Assembly: GCF_026224925.1 (NCBI RefSeq)
Contig: NZ_JAMFRV010000080.1
Location: 1 to 46,322 of the forward strand
Length of the DNA stretch: 46,322 nt
Direction of reading: 5' to 3'
From: Pseudomonas sp.
Lineage (GTDB): Bacteria; Pseudomonadota; Gammaproteobacteria; Pseudomonadales; Pseudomonadaceae
Below are positions 9,870 through 18,558 of the stretch, in pieces. Below the pieces are notes generated by a model. It worked only from the letters and a program-made list of their open reading frames with translations, was not told the DNA's origin and did no database searches. Every line of letters starts with the position of its first letter. Position 1 is the stretch's first letter. Position numbers and translations under genes: made by a program.

Positions 9870-11456
9870 TTATTGGCAATTTTTGATCAAATCGGCGGCC
9901 TTCTCTCCAATCATGATGCACACCGAATTAGGGTTCCCTGAAATCAGGGTGGGCATGATCGATGCGTCGGCAACGCGCAGCCCTTCAATGCCATGCACCT
10001 TCAGATCCGGACCTACAACCGAGTGGTCGTCTACGCCCATACGGCAGGTACCGGAAGGATGGAGTGCCGCGTGAGCCTCTTCGTGACAGAATTTTTTCAT
10101 GGCCTCTCGCGACCTGACCGTAGCGTCCGGCACATGACGCCTGGCGAGATAGGGTTTGAAAGCGGCCTGGGACATGATTTCCTCGCCCACAAGGCAACCG
10201 TCCACCAGACTTTCAATATCGTAAGGGTCTGAAAAATAGTTGGGCACTATACGCGGAGGCGACATCGGGTCTGCCGAATACAGCTCAACATAGCCTCTGG
10301 ATTTTGGACGTATCTGGCCCAGGTTCAGCGTGCAGCCGTTGCCGCCGGGGACGGAGTCAATGCCCTCTTCGATACCTGCGCCAACGACCATGAAATACTG
10401 GATATCAGGATTGGTTGCCGCCTTGTCTCCCCACCAGAAAGCCCCGCCTTCAATCAAGTTGGACGCAGCAGGGCCTTGCCTGAACAGGGCGTATTGCAAG
10501 GCCGCCATCATTTTCCAGTGCGGTTTTTTGTACTTGTCGTAGCTGTGCGGGCCCGTCAGCTCATAAACGAGCGACACTTCAATATGGTCCTGAAGATTCT
10601 GCCCTACACCGGGCAGGTCCTGGATAACGTTGATGCCATGCTTATCGAGCTGCGCTGCCGGGCCAATGCCGGACAACATCAACAAGCGTGGGGAGTTGAT
10701 AGCGCCGGCGGATAAAACGATTTCCTTTTCGGCGTACATCACTTGACGCACACCGTTCTCGATATATTCAACGCCAATGGCTTTTTTCCCCTGCATCAAG
10801 ATACGGATCACCCGACAACCCGTCTTGACCGCCAGGTTCTTGCGTGACTTCGCGGGCGCCAGGTAGGCCACCGCCGCACTGCTGCGAAAACCATTTTTGG
10901 CCGTGATTTGATAAAGCCCGCAACCTTCAGGTTTGCCGGAGTTGAAATCCTCGTTGTACGGCAAACCGTACTGCTGGCAAGCGCGAAGCCACACCTTGGT
11001 CAGTGGATGGATATTGATAGGGTCAGAAACACCCAACGGTCCACCGACACCATGAACGTCGTTACAGAAGCGCTCGTTGTCTTCGGCTTTTTTGAAGTAA
11101 GGCAATACATCTTTATAGGACCAGCCCGTTGCCCCCTGCTCGACCCAACCATCGTAATCAGCGGGTACGCCGCGAATATAAATCATCGCATTGACCGAAC
11201 TCCCGCCACCCAGCACGCTAGCCTGGACCATGGTCGGCGTTGCAGTCCTGCGTTGATCTTCAGTGGGCTCCCACGCATACCGTTTGAGCAGCGGACCTTG
11301 CGCCGTTTTATAGTAGGCGCCGGGAATATGGATGTAGGGGTTGCGGTCACGAGGCCCCTCTTCAAAAAGGACCACGGACGCAGAAGTATCTTCGCTGAGT
11401 CTCGATGCCACCGTGCAGCCTGTCGAGCCGCCTCCGATTACGATGAAATCCACCAT
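9870..11456 (-). CDS. GMC FAD oxidoreductase (L-sorbose dehydrogenase-like), paralogue A
   Basis: GGGSTG, LGGGSSVNAM, GQNLQDH, HPSGTCRMG, GNPN. Confidence 0.92.
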   Translation of the reverse strand: MVDFIVIGGGSTGCTVASRLSEDTSASVVLFEEGPRDRNPYIHIPGAYYKTAQGPLLKRYAWEPTEDQRRTATPTMVQASVLGGGSSVNAMIYIRGVPADYDGWVEQGATGWSYKDVLPYFKKAEDNERFCNDVHGVGGPLGVSDPINIHPLTKVWLRACQQYGLPYNEDFNSGKPEGCGLYQITAKNGFRSSAAVAYLAPAKSRKNLAVKTGCRVIRILMQGKKAIGVEYIENGVRQVMYAEKEIVLSAGAINSPRLLMLSGIGPAAQLDKHGINVIQDLPGVGQNLQDHIEVSLVYELTGPHSYDKYKKPHWKMMAALQYALFRQGPAASNLIEGGAFWWGDKAATNPDIQYFMVVGAGIEEGIDSVPGGNGCTLNLGQIRPKSRGYVELYSADPMSPPRIVPNYFSDPYDIESLVDGCLVGEEIMSQAAFKPYLARRHVPDATVRSREAMKKFCHEEAHAALHPSGTCRMGVDDHSVVGPDLKVHGIEGLRVADASIMPTLISGNPNSVCIMIGEKAADLIKNCQ

Positions 11457-11525
11457 GACGACCTAATACCTTTTATGAGGTACACATTGTAAGAACGGGA
11501 GTTTTTAATCCGGGTAAGCGGCGCT

Positions 11526-12410
11526 TTATCGCCCAACAAGTCGGGTTAAAAGTGCCTTCAGATCTTTCGCGACCTCATAACTGTTTTGCTGCTGCTGTTT
11601 TTTACAAAACAACTCACAGCTCCACCATCCGTCGTAACCGGTAGCCTTTACCGCGGCAGTCCACTCGGCAAGGTTCAATATCCCGTTCCCCGTCGGTATA
11701 TCTCGGAGTAATTCTTCATTGGGAATACCGCCTTCAAAAGGCAGCGAATCACACACATGCACGCCATAGATAACGTCTTTGTTCATGCGTGCGATTTCTT
11801 CTGGCCTAACGCCGGACGTAAAACAGTGCCAGTAATCGATGACCATCTTGACGTTGTCGCGTTCGGTGCGATCAATCAGCTGTAGTTGGTGCTCCAGCGT
11901 ATTCAATGGCGTCCATGACAAAGCTTCAAGATAGAGAAGAACACCATATTGCTTTGCCAAGTCAGCGAGCAGCGCAAGATTCTTGGCAGTCAACGCATAT
12001 TGTTCGGCATCATCCAAACCCAGCAAACCGGTGTAATGAGCGCTCGTGCCATGCTTCTGGTAATCGATCACCGCTTGAACGTTGATGGGCCCGGTGAGTA
12101 CTTGAACACCTTTGGCGCCGGCCAGGTTGGCCAATTGAAAAAGCCGTTCCGCTTCCTTCAGCAAATCATCGCGTTCGGCGCCTTGGCGTTCGATATCCCT
12201 CAGGTAACCGATCCCTGTGACGGGGATATCCTTCAGCAACGCTTTCAGTTCCGGCTCCGAATAACCGGCCTGCAAATAGGCTTCCAGTTTGCCGCTGTAG
12301 ATCTCCAACGCATCGAAACCGACAGTCTTCGCAATGTCGATGTCTATGGCCAGCGTCGAATGTTTTGCGACTGTGGAATGCAAGGCCAGGATGTTTTTTT
12401 GAGTGTGCAT
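11526..12410 (-). CDS. Sugar-phosphate isomerase/epimerase (xylose isomerase-like TIM barrel)
   Basis: Metal ligands in YLEAL, IDYWH, HVCD, PTGNG, WSCELF. Confidence 0.88.
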   Translation of the reverse strand: MHTQKNILALHSTVAKHSTLAIDIDIAKTVGFDALEIYSGKLEAYLQAGYSEPELKALLKDIPVTGIGYLRDIERQGAERDDLLKEAERLFQLANLAGAKGVQVLTGPINVQAVIDYQKHGTSAHYTGLLGLDDAEQYALTAKNLALLADLAKQYGVLLYLEALSWTPLNTLEHQLQLIDRTERDNVKMVIDYWHCFTSGVRPEEIARMNKDVIYGVHVCDSLPFEGGIPNEELLRDIPTGNGILNLAEWTAAVKATGYDGWWSCELFCKKQQQQNSYEVAKDLKALLTRLVGR

Positions 12411-12491
12411 ATGAGGCTCCTACCGTTGACACCCAGTGTAGAGTGATCGAGTCCCAGTAGTGATTTCGCACTCACAGGAAATGCGGCGCAA

Positions 12492-12514
12492 CCTGACGCA
12501 CTCACTGCGTCAGG
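12492..12514. other. Intergenic hairpin
   Basis: CCTGACGCA-ctcac-TGCGTCAGG perfect 9-bp stem between the GH3 pair and the TIM-barrel gene. Confidence 0.5.
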
Positions 12515-12665
12515 CTTTCGATAATTGGCTAAGACGTCATTCCCCAGCGACCGGGAGGATGGCTACAACCTCAAGCAGTGAGAGATGGCTCGCTCGTGAT
12601 AGCGGTCTGACAATCAACATTGATAGTGACTGATCTATCGCTACCACGAGCCAGCGCCCTCCTGC

Positions 12666-13682
12666 TTAAGCTTCTGCGAGGCGATTGGCCAATGCCGATA
12701 CAGCTAAAGCAGCGGCGTCCAGCCGCTCCTGCGGTAAGGTCCCACGAGCGACAGCTGCGGTAATGGCGCAAACAATCTGCGCAATCTCAGGCATTGCCTT
12801 TGCGGAAATCAGCAATAGATCGGCCCCTGCATTCAGAGCTGCAACCGCCACCTCGCCGAGTGATGAGTTTCTCATCGTGGAGCGGTGGTCCAAGTCAATG
12901 GTCATCACCAATCCCTTGAACCCCAGTTCATCTCGCAGCAAACCAATAAGCTCAGGCGAAACGGATGCCGCAACGGGCGGCTCGCAGGCAGCAAAAATCG
13001 CCGGTCCCATCATCACCGCGTCCGCACCGGCGTCCACCCCGGCTTGAAACGCAGGCCAGTAGGCACGTAGCTGATCCAGTGACTCGGTGACCACCGCCTC
13101 TTCAACAGATGGTTGGCGCAGCAACACCGGATGTCCGGGGAAGTGCTTCAGGGTGCTCGCCATCCCGGCACGTCGTACACCGCGGACATAGGCACCGACC
13201 ATGGCCGCGGCCCGATTTACATCATCGGACAGTGTGCGCCCCTGCAACCATACATTGGTTCCACCGACCACATCAGCTGTCGGCGACAAGAGCAGATTCA
13301 CACCGGCGTCTCGCACTTTCGTCGCAACCTGAAAACAGGCATCTTCGAGCTCAGCAAGATCCATTACCCTGGCCAGATCAAGTTCAGGTAGCGCAGGCGC
13401 TACCCCTTGCAAGCGGTGAACGGCGGATATGTCAGCATCGGCCGCCAGTATCAGCGGCCCGGCAAAGTTTTTTGCAGTGCCGGTGAACCGTTGCCACTTT
13501 TCAAGCGTTTCAGATTCCAGGCGGCTCGCGCCCATTTTACCGCTGACATACTCCTGCGTGGTTTCGCCAAACAGCAGGCTGCGCCCTCCACAGCCCAGAA
13601 ATCTGCGCACGTCCTCATTCATGTCCAGATCGAGCAAAACTGGAAACAGGACGCTGAATGCCTTGCTTTCAATTGAGCTCAT
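12666..13682 (-). CDS. GH3 N-terminal-domain (NagZ-like) protein, degenerate copy 2
   Basis: KHFPGH, LLRDELGFKGLV, ALNAGADLLL. Has ADADIS for DQEGG and TIDL for SDDL. ATG 13682 lies just after the upstream stop. Confidence 0.85.
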   Translation of the reverse strand: MSSIESKAFSVLFPVLLDLDMNEDVRRFLGCGGRSLLFGETTQEYVSGKMGASRLESETLEKWQRFTGTAKNFAGPLILAADADISAVHRLQGVAPALPELDLARVMDLAELEDACFQVATKVRDAGVNLLLSPTADVVGGTNVWLQGRTLSDDVNRAAAMVGAYVRGVRRAGMASTLKHFPGHPVLLRQPSVEEAVVTESLDQLRAYWPAFQAGVDAGADAVMMGPAIFAACEPPVAASVSPELIGLLRDELGFKGLVMTIDLDHRSTMRNSSLGEVAVAALNAGADLLLISAKAMPEIAQIVCAITAAVARGTLPQERLDAAALAVSALANRLAEA

Positions 13683-13684
13683 GA

Positions 13685-14719
13685 TCAATCCCGGTTTGAG
13701 TTGTGCTGGTCATTATTGGCCGCTGCCAGTTCGCGAACCTTGAAGGCCGCGTCTAACAAAATCTGACGGCCCAGAACGCCTTCGTGAACAGCCGCCACAA
13801 TGGATTCGGCAATGGCATCAAGGCCCGACTCACTGGACACGAGCAACAGATGTGCGCCGGCCGCCAGCGAAGCAATAGCAGTGTCCGTGATGGAGTTGCC
13901 CCTGAGGATGGATACCGCATCAAGGTCATCCGAGATGATCAAGCCCTCGAATCCAAGGGTGTCACGCAGAACCCCGATGACTTTGGACGAAGTTGAGGCC
14001 GAATGATCAGAGTCGATTGCAGGAAAAACGGCTGGCCCTGGCATCACCGCTTTCACACCAGTAGCGATGACCTCCTTGAACACTTCGAGGTTGTCATGGA
14101 GCAACTCCAGCGGCCCGAGAACCGTGGCTTCAGCTATTGCCGGGTCCTGCTCGGTGACGTAGTGACCGGGAAAGTGTTTAGCAGTTGCAATGACGCCAGC
14201 GCGTTGAACCCCGCGGATATAGGCACAGGACAACCGACTGACTTCAACGGGGTCGGCGCCCAAATGCCGGTTGTGTAGCCATGGGTTGGCGCCGGTGACC
14301 ACATCGACGATCGGCGCCAGAAACAGATTAACGCCTAGACCGCGCGCCACGTTGGCCATCACAAAGCAGCGTTGCTCGATGTCCTGTGAACTGAGGTCCT
14401 TGAGCTGTTCTCTCGATGCGACTGCCGGGACCAATTGGTGAAGGCGTTGGATACCGCCGAGTTCCTGATCCACCGCGATCAGCACCGGCACACCGGCCAA
14501 TGACGCGGCTTCCCGGGCGATATTGACAAAGTCGGCCTGAGATTCGGCGTCCTTGCGCGCCGGACTCATGTCTCGGCCTACGTACTCATCCCGGGTTTCA
14601 CCCAGCAAAATAGACACGCCACCACGCCTCAAATAACGACGGACATTGTCGTCCAGACTCAAATCGCTGAATGCGGGAAGCAGTACCGAATACGCAGCTC
14701 TATGCAGTTCGCTTGACAT
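13685..14719 (-). CDS. GH3 N-terminal-domain (NagZ-like) protein, copy 1
   Basis: AVDQELGG, APIVDV, AKHFPGH, LRDTLGFEGLIISDDL. Confidence 0.88.
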   Translation of the reverse strand: MSSELHRAAYSVLLPAFSDLSLDDNVRRYLRRGGVSILLGETRDEYVGRDMSPARKDAESQADFVNIAREAASLAGVPVLIAVDQELGGIQRLHQLVPAVASREQLKDLSSQDIEQRCFVMANVARGLGVNLFLAPIVDVVTGANPWLHNRHLGADPVEVSRLSCAYIRGVQRAGVIATAKHFPGHYVTEQDPAIAEATVLGPLELLHDNLEVFKEVIATGVKAVMPGPAVFPAIDSDHSASTSSKVIGVLRDTLGFEGLIISDDLDAVSILRGNSITDTAIASLAAGAHLLLVSSESGLDAIAESIVAAVHEGVLGRQILLDAAFKVRELAAANNDQHNSNRD

Positions 14720-14859
14720 AGCTATTCCTCAACACCGTTATTTTGAGCAGAAAGCTCAACTTTATTGACGCATGACGGGGTGCCACGCATGATATCGATC
14801 AACTTCGAGCACAACACAAGCCATTAATGCTCGTTTATGCAACTTTACACAGGAAACAA

Positions 14860-15639
14860 ATGAAGTCAATGCTCACTCATGAAGCTTTCCCCGGAGAACG
14901 GCAAAACCTGATTGCGGAACGGCTAGCGACCCATGGCCGGGTTTTGGCTGGGGATCTCGCCCAGGAATTCAAAGTTTCGGAGCACTCGATCCGCCGAGAT
15001 CTCGCCGCGCTGGCGGATGCGGGAATCTGCAAGCGCGTGTACGGCGGCGCTATTTCAGTGGCCCCTGCGCGAGGCGATCATGACGCGCAAAATCAACAGG
15101 CTGACCGGAAGAACTCCCTTGGGCTGGCCGCTGCAGCATTGATCAAAGCCGGCCAACATATTTTCATGGATGGAGGTACCACCAATGCATCCATTTCGAG
15201 CGTAATCGATCACAATCTTGCAATTTCAATCACGACCAACTCGCCGGCAATTGCCCTTGAACTGGAAAAGCTGCCATTGGCCGATGTGATCTTGCTTGGG
15301 GGACGCCTGCACAAGGCGACCGGCAGCACCGTCGGCCTGACAGCAATTCAGCAGTTGTCGAATTTCAATTTCGACCTGTGCTTTTTGGGCGCCTGTGCGA
15401 TTGACGCCATCAAGGGCGTGACGGCTTTCGACATGGACGATGCGGAATTCAAGCGCACCGTTGTCTCTCGTAGCGGGCAGATTGTGGTCGCCGCGACCAA
15501 CGAAAAACTGTCGAGTATCGCGCATTACCAGGTCGCGTCATGCGAGGAGCTGGGTATATTGGTGGTAGAAAGAGACGCCCCTGCTGAACGGCTTGCGCCC
15601 ATCCAGGCCAAGGTTTCAAACATTGTGGTCGCCTCTTGA
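14860..15639 (+). CDS. DeoR/GlpR transcriptional regulator
   Basis: VSEHSIRRDL, RVYGGA, FMDGGTT, ITTNS, FDLCFLG. AGGA RBS before ATG 14860. Confidence 0.92.
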   Translation: MKSMLTHEAFPGERQNLIAERLATHGRVLAGDLAQEFKVSEHSIRRDLAALADAGICKRVYGGAISVAPARGDHDAQNQQADRKNSLGLAAAALIKAGQHIFMDGGTTNASISSVIDHNLAISITTNSPAIALELEKLPLADVILLGGRLHKATGSTVGLTAIQQLSNFNFDLCFLGACAIDAIKGVTAFDMDDAEFKRTVVSRSGQIVVAATNEKLSSIAHYQVASCEELGILVVERDAPAERLAPIQAKVSNIVVAS

Positions 15640-15649
15640 ACTACACGAT

Positions 15650-16819
15650 TTACTGTTCTGGAAAAGGCACCCAGGCACGCCGTTGACTCGACTCGACACA
15701 CGCCTGGGACAACACCACTCCACGCACGCCCTCGTGAATATCCGGTAAAGGGACGGTGGTCGCCGTGCGCCAGCCTGTTCCGGCATCGAGTGCTTCGGCG
15801 AAATCGGCATAAAGAACGGCAAGCGCCTCCAGATACCCTTCCGTATTACCCGCCGGCAAACTGGTGAAGGTCAACGTCTGAGCCGCATTGTCGCTCTGGC
15901 CACGGCGGTAGATGCGGTCGGCGCCGTCAAAGGGCGTAAACAGCAGCGTTTCCGGTGATTCTTGACACCATTCTATTGAAGCTTTGCTGCCGACGATCTT
16001 GAAACGCAATCCGTTGCGATGACCCGGCACCGCGAAACTGGCCCATAACAATCCATCTACGCCGCCCTCGAATTCAAGTTGCACCACACAAGTGTCGTCC
16101 AACTCCCAGCCGGGTACGACCGTGCTCAATTTGGCGTTCAGATTCGTGCAGCGCCGTCCGGACAGGAACTCAAGCATGTTGAAGGCGTGTGTCCCGACAT
16201 CGCCCAAAGCGCCGGTCGGGCCGGCCTTTTCAGGGTTGCCACGCCACGCGAGGCTCTTGCTCAATCCGTCGATGCCGGGCGCCAACCATTCCAGAAGGTA
16301 CTCGACATACATGAAGCGAACTTCACCCAGTTCCCCGGCCTGAATACGGCTACGAGCATCCCTGACCATGGGATAGCCTTGATAGGTGTACGTCACCGCG
16401 AAAAAAGTATTGTGCCGGTCGGCAATACTGGCCAACTCGTAGGCCTCTTGCGGACGATTGACCAACGGCTTGTCGCAAATAACCGGGATCCCCGCCCGCA
16501 GAAATAGCTGACACGGTTCAAAATGCAGGTGATTGGGCGTCACGATGACAACTGCATCAATCGGATCTGGCCGACGCGACTCGGCAGCTGCCATGTCCTC
16601 GAATGACAGGTAAATCCGGTCTGCCTCGAGGTTGAATGCCGCCCCGGCCTCACGGCATTTGTCCGCGTCCGAAGAGAAGGCGCCGGCAACAATATCGAAG
16701 CGATTGCACAGGCGCATGGCAGCACGATGATAACTGGCAAAATAAGCCCCTTGCCCACCTCCAACCATGCCTACCTTGAAGCGCCTTTGCCCTGGAATGT
16801 CGCCCGTTAACCTTGCCAT
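15650..16819 (-). CDS. Gfo/Idh/MocA NAD(P)-dependent oxidoreductase
   Basis: GMVGGGQG, VTPNHLH, CDKP, GALGDVGTHA, PAGNTEGYLEA. Confidence 0.92.
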   Translation of the reverse strand: MARLTGDIPGQRRFKVGMVGGGQGAYFASYHRAAMRLCNRFDIVAGAFSSDADKCREAGAAFNLEADRIYLSFEDMAAAESRRPDPIDAVVIVTPNHLHFEPCQLFLRAGIPVICDKPLVNRPQEAYELASIADRHNTFFAVTYTYQGYPMVRDARSRIQAGELGEVRFMYVEYLLEWLAPGIDGLSKSLAWRGNPEKAGPTGALGDVGTHAFNMLEFLSGRRCTNLNAKLSTVVPGWELDDTCVVQLEFEGGVDGLLWASFAVPGHRNGLRFKIVGSKASIEWCQESPETLLFTPFDGADRIYRRGQSDNAAQTLTFTSLPAGNTEGYLEALAVLYADFAEALDAGTGWRTATTVPLPDIHEGVRGVVLSQACVESSQRRAWVPFPEQ

Positions 16820-17357
16820 AGCTTAAAGACTCCAATAGATGGCACGCACTTGTGCATCGCCAGGTATTAGCAACAACGAATGCGCCACAGGGAGTATCAC
16901 TGGCGATTCTTTTTTTCTCCATTTCGCACAACAGCGATACCTGACGCGGACCGCAGCACCCCGCAAATAACGGCCAAGAACGCGTCGAATTGACTCCGTG
17001 AAAAAGGCCCTCTCACACAAACAATCAACAAGGTGTTACTTCGGAAAAATCAATGTGTTACTTACTGTGGTGGCGAGTAACCCTGCATTTTTTGGCAGAC
17101 TGCTTGGGCCACGAGAAGCGACGAATTGCAGAGCGTTTGTCACTGTCGAAAAATGCGAGAAAACGCTTACAATCTGACGCATCGGCCTCTTTGAACGAGC
17201 TGAACTTGAATTCAACAAAACGGCATGGAACATGCTTAATTAAATTGGAATACGTTTAAGTAATTGAGTTTATATGGGTTAAGCAAAAGGTTATTCGATA
17301 ACCAGTATATAACCGCTATAACCCCGCCTTATCCGAACTGACCAGATCGAGATAACA

Positions 17358-18251
17358 ATGCCCAGTCGAGGAGACCCGCCCCCAATGTCTTTAACTGCCG
17401 CCACCTCGCACCCCGAGCGACAACAGGTTCGCAGTGACTTGCAGGCAAACGTGCAAAAGAACCTCAGTACCCTTGTTGAGTCCTGCCGATCGGTTGCAGA
17501 CATGTGCCGCAAGGTCGATGTCAATCGCCAGCAGTTCAACAAGTACTTGGTTGGCCAGCACGTACCTTCACAGAAGATCCTTCAGAAAATCGGCCGTTAC
17601 TTCATGATGGAAGCTGAAGACCTTTTTCGGCCGCCCGCCGAGTTCAAGAAATTCTATGAAGGGTATGAAAACGAATTGCCGACGGACTTGCGTGCCTCGG
17701 CTCAATTCAATCATTTCCTGCCTTTGGCAAAGCAATCTGCCGATTTACTCGAAGACTACCTGGGCGTCTATTACCGATACCACAACTCATCGATCTACAA
17801 AGGCAGAATCCTGCGCTCGGTCACTTGCCTGTATCGAGCCGATTCAATGGTCCAGTACGTCACGGTAGAGCGCTTCCCCTTGCTGGATGGCAGCGGAAAG
17901 ATTGGCTACTCATTCACCTATCACGGTTTTTGCCTGCTCCTTGGGGACCGCCTGTTCCTGGTGGATTTTGAAGGCAAGCAACGTAACGAGATGACGTTTT
18001 CGATTCTGACCCCGCAACATCGCCGACCGATCCGGTTCCTCTATGGATTGGTCACCGGGGTGGCGTCTTCATCATTCCGCCAGCCCTTTTCCACCCGAAT
18101 GGCACTGGGGCTCGTGGACAAAGGCAAGATCCGTAAACATCACCTGCGCAATGCAACTGCGGTGCTTCCTAGCGATCAGTCATTGCCACTGGAGGTGCGT
18201 GAATACATGACCGGCGACAACGCCACTATCGTATGGGGCGGTCAGGACTGA
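17358..18251 (+). CDS. XRE-like HTH transcriptional regulator with uncharacterised C-terminal domain
   Basis: SVADMCRKVDVNRQQFNKYLVGQHVPS HTH. Start may be ATG 17385. Confidence 0.75.
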   Translation: MPSRGDPPPMSLTAATSHPERQQVRSDLQANVQKNLSTLVESCRSVADMCRKVDVNRQQFNKYLVGQHVPSQKILQKIGRYFMMEAEDLFRPPAEFKKFYEGYENELPTDLRASAQFNHFLPLAKQSADLLEDYLGVYYRYHNSSIYKGRILRSVTCLYRADSMVQYVTVERFPLLDGSGKIGYSFTYHGFCLLLGDRLFLVDFEGKQRNEMTFSILTPQHRRPIRFLYGLVTGVASSSFRQPFSTRMALGLVDKGKIRKHHLRNATAVLPSDQSLPLEVREYMTGDNATIVWGGQD

Positions 18252-18279
18252 GACGATTGAAGGATGGCTTCGCCGACAT

Positions 18280-18495
18280 TCAGACCTTGCGATGCTGCGC
18301 GCCAATAGTAGGGTTGTCCTGCTGCGTTGACGCTGGAGGGCACTCGCCCTCCTTCTCATCGTCAGTCATGGCCTTGCGAAATCCCTTTATGGACTCCCCG
18401 ACATCCGTTCCCAGGTTCTTCAGCTTTTTAGTGCCAAAGACGAGCACAACCACCACCAGAATGACGATCCAGTGTTTCAAATCCAGAATGCCCAT
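18280..18495 (-). CDS. tatA: Twin-arginine translocase subunit TatA (stand-alone copy)
   Basis: TM helix followed by [24 protein letters not shown]. Confidence 0.93.
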   Translation of the reverse strand: MGILDLKHWIVILVVVVLVFGTKKLKNLGTDVGESIKGFRKAMTDDEKEGECPPASTQQDNPTIGAQHRKV

Positions 18496-18558
18496 ATTAC
18501 GACTCCTCTCCAGACGTTTTGATTGAGGCGGGTATGCAACATCGCAAACGTTGTTGCA

